64,000 nt of DNA from Candidatus Altiarchaeota archaeon. GTDB lineage: Archaea > Altiarchaeota > Altiarchaeia > IMC4 > QMZM01. The translations under genes and the position numbers were made by a program. The stretch is from NCBI GenBank assembly GCA_016931955.1, contig JAFGDV010000012.1:37510-101509 (forward strand), read 5' to 3'. Of this stretch, positions 48,566-58,191 are shown piece after piece. Positions within the stretch are counted from its first letter, which is position 1. Every line of letters starts with the position of its first letter. The notes under the pieces were generated by a model. It searched no databases. It saw only the letters and a list, made by a program, of their open reading frames with translations, and had not been told where the DNA came from.

Positions 48566-49672
48566 TCAGGATATAAAATTATTTCCATGCTTTTTGTACA
48601 TCTCCTTGCACAGCTCCTTCAGCTCCTCCCTATTAGACAATCCCATCTTCTCGAAGTATTCGTCGAAGATGCTGTCTTCGTTGAGGTCCAGGATCTTGAG
48701 GCTTAACAGCTCGTTCGATGCGGTCGGCATGATCGATACATCAAGGATGGTGTAGTCAGGATAACGGCTGTCCCAGTCATGGAAGACATCAAAGTAGTCG
48801 CCGTCCACCTCAGCAGACAGGGAAACTCGGAGACACTTGCAGTCCCGGTTTTCTTCTATGATGTCTTCAACCATCTTGTTTATCTCAGATGGCTTCTTCC
48901 TCCCAGCGGATTCCCTGACGACCCTCATCGGAGAGGACTCCACTGGAATGAATTCAGGCCTATCGAAGCGGAAGTTTTCGAAAAAAAGAAAACCGTTTAC
49001 GTTCATCGACTCGTTGAAGCTTATCCTCTCGGTGCTGCCGATATAGAATGCCGATGTGGTGTCTGAGACCTCCTCTATGGGCTGGTGCCTGTGAAAATGC
49101 CCTGATAGTATGAGGTCGTATTTTTCTGCAACGCCCCTCAACGCCGCCAGAGAGATCTCATGGGGCTCAAGGTAGTGTTCTATCGCCTGATGGATGCACA
49201 GTATGTCGTAGTCGTTGCCTGAGACCTCGGACGAGATCTCCCCAAGTTTCTCCTCAGCCATCCTCTTGTCTCTGGTGTATTGGAAGCCATGGACACCAAC
49301 CCTCTTTCCATCGATGTCGAAGACTAGGTGAGGGCTTTCAGAGGTCAACACATGTATGTTTTCGTGTATATCAGAGAGTATCGGGGTATAGCTGCTGCCT
49401 ATGTAGGTCTCTATCTCATGGTTCCCGATACACAGGATACAGGGTGTTGAATCAGCCACCTCCATCAGCCTTCTGACTGCAACCTGCATGCTCTTCGGAT
49501 CGGGTCTCGTGTGATGGAAAAGGTCCCCGCCGAAGATGAACAATGAGGGATCACGGGCTAATGCCTTATCCAGTGCCTCATTGAAGGCCTTCTCGTAGTC
49601 TTTGAGCCTCTGCTTCTTCAGCCTGTGCCTGAAACCCAGGTGGCAGTCGCTGATGCAGCAAATGGATGCCAT
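48566..49672 (-). CDS. Mre11/SbcD-like calcineurin-type DNA-repair phosphoesterase
   Basis: …ISDCHLGF…FGGDLFH…GNHE…GHFH… phosphoesterase motifs I-V. Confidence 0.5.
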   Translation of the reverse strand: MASICCISDCHLGFRHRLKKQRLKDYEKAFNEALDKALARDPSLFIFGGDLFHHTRPDPKSMQVAVRRLMEVADSTPCILCIGNHEIETYIGSSYTPILSDIHENIHVLTSESPHLVFDIDGKRVGVHGFQYTRDKRMAEEKLGEISSEVSGNDYDILCIHQAIEHYLEPHEISLAALRGVAEKYDLILSGHFHRHQPIEEVSDTTSAFYIGSTERISFNESMNVNGFLFFENFRFDRPEFIPVESSPMRVVRESAGRKKPSEINKMVEDIIEENRDCKCLRVSLSAEVDGDYFDVFHDWDSRYPDYTILDVSIMPTASNELLSLKILDLNEDSIFDEYFEKMGLSNREELKELCKEMYKKHGNNFIS

Positions 49673-49716
49673 AAAATCCTCCCTATATACGCCTATGACT
49701 AATATAATTAAGGATT

Positions 49717-50235
49717 ATGATGGCATTAAACTACAGCGAGCTCCAGGGCATATACAGGTCGGAGAAGACGTCAGCTGCCCTGCATAAGGTCCCTAACAAC
49801 TTCTATTCAGAGCTATCCGAGCTACTCTCCAAGGTAGACCCCGAATACAGGGAATCAACATCGAAGCTCGCAGAAGAGATATACCTGATGAGGATAGGCA
49901 AGATCATGAGACTGGTATTGAGGAGGGGAGATGCCACCCCTCCGATGAACATGACACCACCCGAAAAGGAGGTATATGGAGAATTCACTTCCACCCTATC
50001 AAGGCACAGGGAAAGAATCCTGGGCATAGGGGGTAGGGAGGAAAAAACTGAAGAGAAGAGGGAGGTGGAAGACTACGACAAGGTCGCTGTTAGGATTATT
50101 GCATCAATACCAGCCATAATCGGCTCAGACATGAAACACTACGGGCCCTTCAGAGAGGATGAGGAGGTGAAACTCCCAAAGGCCACAGCAAGGATCCTTG
50201 TAGGGCAGGGTGTTGCGGAGGAGGTCTCAGGGTAG
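49717..50235 (+). CDS. GINS-like (Gins51-type) replication protein, tentative
   Basis: 172 aa. N-terminus …YSELQGIYRSEKTSAALHKVPNNFYSELSELL… resembles the GINS A-domain. Divergently placed next to the repair genes. Confidence 0.3.
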   Translation: MMALNYSELQGIYRSEKTSAALHKVPNNFYSELSELLSKVDPEYRESTSKLAEEIYLMRIGKIMRLVLRRGDATPPMNMTPPEKEVYGEFTSTLSRHRERILGIGGREEKTEEKREVEDYDKVAVRIIASIPAIIGSDMKHYGPFREDEEVKLPKATARILVGQGVAEEVSG

Positions 50236-51006
50236 TTTACTGTCTGCGATCCCCCTCACCAGATCCGTCTTCGTTAGGACCCCAAATTCCTTGGTTATCA
50301 CGGGTAAACCTGATATCCTCTTCTCAAGCATCAAGGTCGCTGCCTCTCCGACCGTTGTTTCAGGCGTTACCGTTACGGGATTGCGGGTCATAAGATGCTC
50401 CACCCTCAGGCCCTTTATGTCCTGGTGAGTGCCTTTATCAAGCGCCTTCCTGAAGGTCTTAAAGCCCCTCGCTATATCCCTCTCCGTCAGTATCCCAACC
50501 AACATGCCCTTATCCGTCACCAATAGACGGTGTATTCCATGCTCCAGCATCAGCTTTCTAGCGGATACTATGGTATCCGCTGGATTCACCAGCACCGGCT
50601 TCTTTGTATAGAAATCCCCCACAATCTTGTCTGAATAGAGGAGTTTTATCACCAGATCGGTCTTCGTTATCAAGCCCACGATTTCTTCGTCCTCCACCAC
50701 GGGAAGGGAAGAAAAACCGTATTCGAGCATGATCCTCGCAGCGTCCCTGAAGTCGGCCTTCAGGGGGATGACCACCAGGTCTTTAGTCATCGCTGCTGAA
50801 ACGTGTATCTGCGTGGACTTGAGTTTCCTCTCCCTGCCTGTTGCAAGCCTGTTGGCTATGTCTTCCTCGGCCAGTATGCCCACAACAAATCCTTCATCGG
50901 TCACCAGAAGCCTTGAGACATGGTTTTTCTCCATCAATGCGAGCGCATGGCTCAGGTTCTGGTCCTTGTCTATCTTAACCGGCGCCCTCTGCACTATAGT
51001 CTCCAT
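50227..51006 (-). CDS. CBS-domain protein (4 CBS motifs)
   Basis: Repeated CBS signatures (…GILTERDI…, …GLITKTDL…). Confidence 0.6.
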   Translation of the reverse strand: METIVQRAPVKIDKDQNLSHALALMEKNHVSRLLVTDEGFVVGILAEEDIANRLATGRERKLKSTQIHVSAAMTKDLVVIPLKADFRDAARIMLEYGFSSLPVVEDEEIVGLITKTDLVIKLLYSDKIVGDFYTKKPVLVNPADTIVSARKLMLEHGIHRLLVTDKGMLVGILTERDIARGFKTFRKALDKGTHQDIKGLRVEHLMTRNPVTVTPETTVGEAATLMLEKRISGLPVITKEFGVLTKTDLVRGIADSKLP

Positions 51007-51009
51007 CTT

Positions 51010-51918
51010 TCATCTACCCTCCTTGTCTATGATATATTTCTTAAGCTCATCGTATCTCTCCTTTATGGTCGATTTTGTGGTTCCGGGAAACCCCTTGATC
51101 TTCTGTGGGATGTTCTTGTCCCCCACCGTATGGCCTGCGAGGTATACTGCTGCGGCTGCGACGCTTATCGGGACCTTGCCGGAGATGATAGAAAGGTCAG
51201 TGGCCTCTTTAACGATATCTGTCGCCCTGGCGAGCGTCATGCCGGAGGCGTTGAGTTTTATCGCCAGCCTGGGAACGTATTCTATCGCTCCTGCAGTAGG
51301 TATCTTCAAGTCAAAGCCCTGAGCTATCTTCCTGTAGCTTTTCCCTATGTCCTTCTTCGCTCTCCCCGAGACCTCCTCCAACTCCTCCAGTGTAACAGGA
51401 ACGTGATGTTGTCTTGTTATTATGTAGATCACTGCAGCGACCATGCTCTCAATTGACCTGCCCTTGACGAGGCCTTCCGCGGCACATTTTCGGTAGAGGC
51501 GGGCGCATTCCTCCTTCATGTTCATCGCTATGTTCAGGTAGGAACACATCCTGTCCAGCTCAGGTAAAGCCACCGAGAGATTCCTCTGGAGAGAGGTGGC
51601 CATCCTCGACCTCTTCTGCCATCTACGCAGACGATACCATTTAGCCTTCTTCTCGACGGGGATAGCTTTCCCCTTTATGTCTCTATCATATTTGTCTATC
51701 TCAGTGGTCAAACCCTTAGTGAGCTTCCCATACCTCAGGAGACCCCCAGTCCTTGACCTCTTGTCCACGTCCTCCCTATCGAACGCCCTCCACTCGGGCC
51801 CGAAATCGAATAGCTTCTCTTCTAAGACAAGACCGCAGTTTTTGCAAAAATTTTCGCCGTGAACGTAATCGCTTACTATTCTATTGCTCCCGCAGTTCGT
51901 GCACTTTTTCTCTGGCAT
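51010..51918 (-). CDS. tfb: Transcription initiation factor IIB (TFB)
   Basis: N-terminal zinc ribbon CTNCGS…CKNCG plus cyclin-fold repeats. 302 aa. Confidence 0.8.
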   Translation of the reverse strand: MPEKKCTNCGSNRIVSDYVHGENFCKNCGLVLEEKLFDFGPEWRAFDREDVDKRSRTGGLLRYGKLTKGLTTEIDKYDRDIKGKAIPVEKKAKWYRLRRWQKRSRMATSLQRNLSVALPELDRMCSYLNIAMNMKEECARLYRKCAAEGLVKGRSIESMVAAVIYIITRQHHVPVTLEELEEVSGRAKKDIGKSYRKIAQGFDLKIPTAGAIEYVPRLAIKLNASGMTLARATDIVKEATDLSIISGKVPISVAAAAVYLAGHTVGDKNIPQKIKGFPGTTKSTIKERYDELKKYIIDKEGR

Positions 51919-51989
51919 TTTTTGTGGGATTATGAATTATGAGGGATAGTAAAAAAGGTTATATATCATGTAAAACAAAGAAAAAGGGT

Positions 51990-53555
51990 CTATTTCCTCC
52001 TTAAAGCTGCTCGAACCAGGCCGACGAAGAGGGGGGCAGGTCTATCGATCCTCGACTTGAATTCAGGATGGAACTGTGACGCAATAAAGTGGGGATGCTT
52101 AGATAACTCGGCGATCTCCATGAGATCCTTCTCAGGATACCTGCCAGAAAACCTCAGACCATGCTTCTCCAAGGTTTCAATGTACTTCGGATTAACCTCC
52201 CAGCGGTGCCTGTGTCTCTCAGATATCTGTCGTTCACCGTAGATGGTGTATGCTAGACTATCATCCGCTATCTCACATGGGTAGGCGCCAAGACGCATAG
52301 TCCCACCCTTTCTGTGTATGTCCTTCTGCTCCGGTATCAGGTCTATCACAGGATGAGGTGTTTTTGGGTTGGCTTCCGTGGTGTCGGCTCCCTCAAGCCC
52401 GCAGACGTTTCTCGCAAATTCTACGACAGAGAGTTGGAAACCGAAACATATCCCTAAGAAGGGGATGTTGTTTTCTCGTGCATACTTTATCGCCTGGATC
52501 TTGCCTTCAACGCCCCTGTCTCCGAAGCCCCCTGGCACAAGTATGCCGTCTACCATGCGCAGATCATCCGCAGTCGTTTCCTCCGATTCAAGCCATCTGA
52601 TGTTCACCCTGCAGGAGCATGGTATGCTCGCATGCTTGAGTGCCTCCTTGATGCTCAAATATGCGTCAGATAGTGCAGTATATTTCCCGACTATGCCAAT
52701 GGTGACCTCCTGCTTGAATTCATGCATCTTATCAACGAGGTTCTGCCACTTGAAGGTATACGATGCCTTCCGGGTGAGCTTCAATTTTTTTATGATAATG
52801 TTGTCCAGATTCTGTTTCTTAAGTATGGCCGGGAGATCGTATATCTCATCCAGGTCGGGATTGGAGAGAACACCCTCTTCGCCTACGCCGCAGAAGAGGG
52901 AGATCTTATGTTTTGTCTTCTTGCTCAGTTGCTCCTTGCATCTGCCGACGACTATGTCAGGCTGTATTCCGAGGCTCTGCAGTTCCTTCACTGAATGCTG
53001 CGTCGGCTTGGTCTTCTGTTCGCCGGAGATTATGACAGGGACATAGGATAGGTGGATGAACAGGAAGTCGTTTTCAGGTTCACGGCTCATCTGCCTCAAG
53101 GCTTCGATGAATATCATGTTCTCCATGTCCCCTACAGTGCCTCCAACCTCCACCATGACCACTTCGGCTTTAAGTCGGCTGAGCCTTTCCTTTATCTCAC
53201 ATGTGACTTGGGGTATCATCTGGACCGTCTTCCCCAAGTAGTCCCCCCTCCTCTCCTTCTCTATAACCGCCTTGTATATTTGGCCGGTTGTTATGTTGGA
53301 GTCCCCGGTAAGGTCGGTGCTCAGGAAACGCTCATAGTGTCCCAGGTCGAGGTCGGTTTCGCTGCCGTCGTCTAGGACGTAGACTTCGCCATGTTCGTAG
53401 GGGTTCATGGTCCCCGGGTCGACGTTCACGTAGCCGTCAATCTTTATCGGCAAAACAGAGTAGCCTGAGTCTTTGAGAATCCTTCCTATTGAAGCAGTGG
53501 TGACGCCTTTTCCCAGGCCAGACAAGACCCCACCTGTCACGATAATGTATTTCAT
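51990..53555 (-). CDS. pyrG: CTP synthase
   Basis: MKYIIVTGGVLSGLGKGVTTASIGRIL… and a GATase C-terminal domain. 521 aa. Confidence 0.85.
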   Translation of the reverse strand: MKYIIVTGGVLSGLGKGVTTASIGRILKDSGYSVLPIKIDGYVNVDPGTMNPYEHGEVYVLDDGSETDLDLGHYERFLSTDLTGDSNITTGQIYKAVIEKERRGDYLGKTVQMIPQVTCEIKERLSRLKAEVVMVEVGGTVGDMENMIFIEALRQMSREPENDFLFIHLSYVPVIISGEQKTKPTQHSVKELQSLGIQPDIVVGRCKEQLSKKTKHKISLFCGVGEEGVLSNPDLDEIYDLPAILKKQNLDNIIIKKLKLTRKASYTFKWQNLVDKMHEFKQEVTIGIVGKYTALSDAYLSIKEALKHASIPCSCRVNIRWLESEETTADDLRMVDGILVPGGFGDRGVEGKIQAIKYARENNIPFLGICFGFQLSVVEFARNVCGLEGADTTEANPKTPHPVIDLIPEQKDIHRKGGTMRLGAYPCEIADDSLAYTIYGERQISERHRHRWEVNPKYIETLEKHGLRFSGRYPEKDLMEIAELSKHPHFIASQFHPEFKSRIDRPAPLFVGLVRAALRRK

Positions 53556-53600
53556 CTACGGTATAATATTTTCTCTTACCCTCTTATATATTATCTGGAG

Positions 53601-54149
53601 ATGAGAGTAAAATTCGCGACCTCCAACAGGCACAAGGTCCAGGAAGGCAACGTCGTCGGCGGAGAGTATGGTATAGAGTTCATCCAGTTGAAGGAACCCT
53701 ATCCTGAGATAAGGGACGACGACGTCAGGGAAGTTGCGAGAGAAGGTGCTGGATTCGTCTACGATAAGGTTAAGTTTCCAGTGATAGTGGAAGACACCGG
53801 CTTATTCATCGAGTCCTTGAAGGGATTCCCCGGATCCTATTCCGCCTTCGTCTACGGTAAGATCGGATGCGAGGGCATATTAAGGCTTCTATCAGGGATA
53901 GAAGACAGGAAAGCATGGTTCACCTCAGCCATAGGATTCTGCGATGAGTCCGGTGTCCGGATCTTTGTGGGAGAAGCCCGGGGAACGATCTCTGAGGAAG
54001 CCAGGGGAAATGCAGGATTCGGGTATGATCCAATCTTTGTTCCTGGAGGCTACGAGAAAACGTTCGCCGAAGACCCTCAACTGAAGAACCAGGTCTCACA
54101 CCGTAGGAAGGCGTTCCAGAAATTCTGTCAGTGGATCAGTAGTAGGTGA
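53601..54149 (+). CDS. Non-canonical purine NTP pyrophosphatase (Ham1/RdgB/ITPase)
   Basis: MRVKFATSNRHKVQE…FGYDPIF… 182 aa. Confidence 0.75.
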   Translation: MRVKFATSNRHKVQEGNVVGGEYGIEFIQLKEPYPEIRDDDVREVAREGAGFVYDKVKFPVIVEDTGLFIESLKGFPGSYSAFVYGKIGCEGILRLLSGIEDRKAWFTSAIGFCDESGVRIFVGEARGTISEEARGNAGFGYDPIFVPGGYEKTFAEDPQLKNQVSHRRKAFQKFCQWISSR

Positions 54150-54180
54150 GGGAGACTATGTATTGCTGCTAAGCGATTTG

Positions 54181-54345
54181 GTCGAGCTTTTCTAAAGCTC
54201 GAGGGTGAACCTTTAGCAAAGGTTGCTGGCGGATGGATCGGTAACAGGTGAATCTGCGGAAGCAGATTCCATTCTTTTTCGCCAATGTTTTCCGTCAAAA
54301 CTGCTGTAGCAGTTTTGGGCGCCAAAATCGGAGATTTTGAGTGTC
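54181..54345. other. Cluster of four perfect hairpins in a convergent intergenic region (candidate structured RNA or terminator array)
   Basis: tcgagcttt-tct-aaagctcga; gaatctgc-ggaa-gcagattc; caaaactgc-tgta-gcagttttg; caaaatc-ggag-gattttg. Confidence 0.2.
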
Positions 54346-54518
54346 TTTCTAGGAAAAAGGTTGCTGGTAGTGCCTAACTGGGAGAGTATATCAATATATT
54401 TATATATCAATATAGTTTCATATAACTACATTTACATACTGAAGTAGAACTATGATAGCATACTAGCATATCCACATATCAACATAATTCTATATGACCA
54501 TATCTGCATGTCAAGGGT

Positions 54519-55790
54519 TCAGACTTGTTCGCCGCCTAGGACGTATATTTGTTCGCCGAACTGCAGCACGTTCAGTGAGATGTTCACCTTATCGCCTACT
54601 TCGGTGTCAGCCTTCAATAGTGCGCTGAAGTTCTCGTTGTTTGGTACCATGACCACTTGGTTGCTGATGACTACCTTAGATGGCAGTATGACGTATCCCG
54701 TCTTGCTGAAGGAGGCATTCGTCATGCCCGCGTTTTTTAGTGTTTCCCCTATTTCCATGAGGTCTGATTCCTTTGAAGCCGTGAACATGATACCCCCAGG
54801 GTTCAGGGAATAGTTCACCCCCACAGCAGCCAGGATCTCCTTAACCCCTGAGTGAGATTTGTTGGCGTATATTATCGTCCTATTGTCTGAGTGCGAAGCC
54901 GACACCCCCTCAAGTCTATTTACCCTCTCGAGGGTTTCGTTGTCTATTGTCTTGTTCACCATGAACCTTGGCGGCATTACCTCGACCTCCGTTGCCTGCA
55001 GCCCGGAGAGCATCTCAGGATGGAAGTCCGATTCTATGACTGCCTGCGCTAGTATCCCTGTTATGTTTATTGCTTCTGCGTTAACGACTTGGCCTGAAGG
55101 GACCCTCTCACTAACGAAGCCGAGCACTCCGCTAAAGAAGCCCTCTTTTGTTTTCATGAGTGGGAAGGCCAGGAAGTATTCCCCCACCCGGGTATCGAAG
55201 CTGCATGGTATGTAGGCTGTGTCGGTTCCAGGACCTGAGATATTCACTGGCAGGGTGCCGATGCATGCCCTCATGAAGTCGTGGTTGCCTCTCCCAACAT
55301 TTGAGTCCATTATCTTCTTCAATGTAAGCGTCTGGTTTTCATCAACCTCGTCGAATATGAACCTGCATAGTAGGTAGGTCCCTGACAGGAAACGCTCTCC
55401 AGTGTAGGGGTTCTCCACTATTTGTGGATTACCCACTTCGATGATTATCTCCTTAAGCCCTGGGAGTGATGTGTTCTGGATAGCCTCTATCGTGTCGAAT
55501 TCGACGGCTGCTGTGATCCTCGAGATCAGCTCGGGTCTTACTTCCCTGATCGATGTGAGTATGGTAGAATTGAATATCTCTTCAACAGTGTAGGCATCCA
55601 CTTCTGGGAAGCTGGATTCCCCCCCAGAGGAGGTTCTGTCGGAGAGGAACAGTATAGACAAGGCTGACAACAGCATGACGCCTATGATGACATAGATCAG
55701 TATATTTGAGCCTTTCTTTCCCTCCTTCTGCTTTGAGCCTTTCTTCTCCTCCTGCTGCGTCGCCCTGAACTTTTTCTTCTTTTTCGCCAT
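54519..55790 (-). CDS. Membrane-anchored extracellular sequon-rich protein (hypothetical)
   Basis: N-terminal Lys-rich tail, a single TM helix (ILIYVIIGVMLLSALSILFL), then a ~370-aa ectodomain with many N-x-S/T sequons. Confidence 0.4.
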   Translation of the reverse strand: MAKKKKKFRATQQEEKKGSKQKEGKKGSNILIYVIIGVMLLSALSILFLSDRTSSGGESSFPEVDAYTVEEIFNSTILTSIREVRPELISRITAAVEFDTIEAIQNTSLPGLKEIIIEVGNPQIVENPYTGERFLSGTYLLCRFIFDEVDENQTLTLKKIMDSNVGRGNHDFMRACIGTLPVNISGPGTDTAYIPCSFDTRVGEYFLAFPLMKTKEGFFSGVLGFVSERVPSGQVVNAEAINITGILAQAVIESDFHPEMLSGLQATEVEVMPPRFMVNKTIDNETLERVNRLEGVSASHSDNRTIIYANKSHSGVKEILAAVGVNYSLNPGGIMFTASKESDLMEIGETLKNAGMTNASFSKTGYVILPSKVVISNQVVMVPNNENFSALLKADTEVGDKVNISLNVLQFGEQIYVLGGEQV

Positions 55791-55835
55791 TCTACGGTTG
55801 TTAAGTTATTAATTTTAAATGATAAATCATTAAAA

Positions 55836-56510
55836 ATGGCTGAGTTTATCAAGATATCATACACGGGCAGCTTGGATGATGGGCGAGTATTCGATACGAC
55901 AAGCGAGGAAGTGGCTAAAAAGGAGGGCATCTACGACGAAAAAAGGGTCTATGGTTTCCTCTATATGATAGTCGGCGAGGGGCAGGTCATCAAAGGACTT
56001 GATGAAGCCTTAAAGGATATGAAGGTGGGTGAAGAGAAAACCGTCAAGATCCCGCCAGAAAAAGCCTACGGTAAACGGAATCCTGAACTCATCAGGATCG
56101 TTCCATTAAAGAAGTTCAAGGAACAGAAGATAAACCCGATACCTGGAATGCCAATCGACATCGATGGCCAGATTGCCCGGGTTCAGACCGTCGCCGGCGG
56201 ACGGGTCAGAGTCGACTTCAACCATGAACTGGCTGGCAGAACCCTCACATTTAACGCCAAGGTTGAGGTAAAAGCTGAGACAGAAGACGACAAAGTGAAG
56301 TTCCTATTAGAGAAGAACTTCAACAAAGTAGAGGGCTTCAACTCGAAGGTGGATGGTCAGGAGTTATCTGTTACAATACCTGAGAAAGCCTACAAGGACA
56401 GGAATCTATTGCTGAGGAAGGCTGCGTTCTCGGCAGAAGCCTTCAAACACCTCAACATTGGCAAGATAACCTTCTGTGAGGTCTGGGGGAAACCTGAAAA
56501 GAAAAAATGA
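55836..56510 (+). CDS. FKBP-type peptidyl-prolyl cis-trans isomerase (long archaeal, SlyD-like with IF insert)
   Basis: MAEFIKISYTGSLDDGRVFDTT…. Confidence 0.75.
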   Translation: MAEFIKISYTGSLDDGRVFDTTSEEVAKKEGIYDEKRVYGFLYMIVGEGQVIKGLDEALKDMKVGEEKTVKIPPEKAYGKRNPELIRIVPLKKFKEQKINPIPGMPIDIDGQIARVQTVAGGRVRVDFNHELAGRTLTFNAKVEVKAETEDDKVKFLLEKNFNKVEGFNSKVDGQELSVTIPEKAYKDRNLLLRKAAFSAEAFKHLNIGKITFCEVWGKPEKKK

Positions 56511-57376
56511 TCGGTGCCGCTCAGAGAGAGATCCTGGAAGTCCTAATCGAGTTATACGACAAAAAAAAGGACTCCATTAAGGGCGAAGACATATCCCAGG
56601 TTCTCAAGAGGTCTCCTGGGACCATACGGAACCAGATGCAGACCCTCCGCGCACTGGGCTACGTCGACGGCGTACCAGGCCCCAAGGGAGGCTACACTCC
56701 CTCAATGAAGGCCTATCAAGTGCTTGGCATAGAACCTGTTGAGAAACCACACGACGTTCCCCTCTATAAAGAGGGTGTGAGGATCGAAGGGGTATCGGCA
56801 CACAAGATACTCTTCATGAAGGTCACGCACCCAAGCGAATGCCGGGCGGTGATAAGCATCCTCGGCGACACCCGTAAGATGGAGGACGGAGACGTTATAA
56901 CGATCGGGCCGACACCCGTGAACCACGTCATCATAAAGGGCAAAGTGACTGGCAGAGACGACGTTAAAAGGGAGATAATGGTGGACACATACAGCATCAC
57001 AAGCATACCCAAGGGCAAGGTGTGCGACATCGCAACAAGAAAGCTCATAAGCCTCAGATCAGACATGGATATAAAGGAATGCGGCAAGACTCTACTAGCG
57101 AATAGAATCAACGCAGCCCCAATAATCGACGACGAACGGCTTAAGGGGATAGTAACCGTCGAAGAGATCGTCAGGGCGATAACCAACGACAAGAAGAACA
57201 TCAAAGCGAAGGACATAGCAATAAGGGACATCTTCACCATCGGCAAAGAATCCAAGCTGCTCACCTGCATAAAAAAGATGGAAAAACTAGACGTTGGGCG
57301 GTTGATTGTCACAGATGAGGGAAGACCCGTCGGCATAATAACCAGGACAGACATCCTCCAGAGGATGGTGAAGTGA
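56507..57376 (+). CDS. Winged-helix + tandem CBS domain regulator
   Basis: N-terminal wHTH (…ISQVLKRSPGTIRNQMQTLRALGYV…) followed by two CBS pairs. Confidence 0.5.
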   Translation: MIGAAQREILEVLIELYDKKKDSIKGEDISQVLKRSPGTIRNQMQTLRALGYVDGVPGPKGGYTPSMKAYQVLGIEPVEKPHDVPLYKEGVRIEGVSAHKILFMKVTHPSECRAVISILGDTRKMEDGDVITIGPTPVNHVIIKGKVTGRDDVKREIMVDTYSITSIPKGKVCDIATRKLISLRSDMDIKECGKTLLANRINAAPIIDDERLKGIVTVEEIVRAITNDKKNIKAKDIAIRDIFTIGKESKLLTCIKKMEKLDVGRLIVTDEGRPVGIITRTDILQRMVK

Positions 57377-57516
57377 GCTGGGGAAACCAAGATTACCATA
57401 CCCTCTTGTAATCATTCTCACAATAGTCTTCGGGGTCCACAGCTTGTCTCTTCTGAGCCCGTATCCCCCACTGGATCTCATTTTTAGTCTCCCGGATAAA
57501 TTAAATACAGAAAGAG

Positions 57517-58191
57517 ATGAAAAAACTGTTTATCCCAGCCTATCTGAGAAAGAATCCTCTGCCAGCGGTTGAAAAAGCATTGAGTCTCATACAGGGATAT
57601 GAGAGGATCGGTTTGCTGACCACCAGCCAACACCTGAACCAGCTTGATTCAGTCAGCGAATTCCTGGAAAAAAAGGGCAAGAAAGCGTTGATCGGTGGCC
57701 AGATACTGGGCTGCGACATAGAAAATGCCGCTAAGATCGAAGAACAAGTCGACTGTTTTTTATACATCGGCTCAGGCAGATTCCATCCCCTGGGGGTGGC
57801 ATTGAAGACGGATAAGCCAGTAGTGGTCTCCAACCCCTACTCGGATTCCGCCAACATGATAACCGAGGATGAGAAACAGAAATACCTGAAGAAGAGGAAG
57901 GGCAGACTGTTGAAGGCCCTTCAAGCAGAGGTTTTTGGAGTGATTGTCTCAACCAAAAGCGGACAGTTCAGCCTCGAAAAAGCATTGAGGATAAAGGAGA
58001 GGCTCGAAGATAGGGGCAAAAAGGCCTTCATATTCGCCGGCTCAGAGATCAATCCGGGAAACCTGCTGCCCTTCAAAGTGGATGCGTGGATCAACACAGC
58101 ATGTCCTCGTTTAGTGGACGACCACTTCAGTAAACCGATACTGAATCCAGAAGAATTAGACACGCTTGAGGAACTGCTTAGAGGAACCTGA
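57517..58191 (+). CDS. Dph2-like (diphthamide synthesis) protein, unusually short
   Basis: …VDCFLYIGSGRFHPLGVAL… resembles the Dph2 repeat-domain signature. 224 aa against ~340 canonical. Confidence 0.35.
   Translation: MKKLFIPAYLRKNPLPAVEKALSLIQGYERIGLLTTSQHLNQLDSVSEFLEKKGKKALIGGQILGCDIENAAKIEEQVDCFLYIGSGRFHPLGVALKTDKPVVVSNPYSDSANMITEDEKQKYLKKRKGRLLKALQAEVFGVIVSTKSGQFSLEKALRIKERLEDRGKKAFIFAGSEINPGNLLPFKVDAWINTACPRLVDDHFSKPILNPEELDTLEELLRGT

Noticed and set aside
54360-54520. AT-rich tract with tatatcaatat repeats as a possible origin or ncRNA
   Set aside because: It is a short low-complexity sequence. It is more likely the promoter region of the minus-strand gene ending at 54519, or a 3' UTR. 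No ORB-like or DUE structure was recognised.
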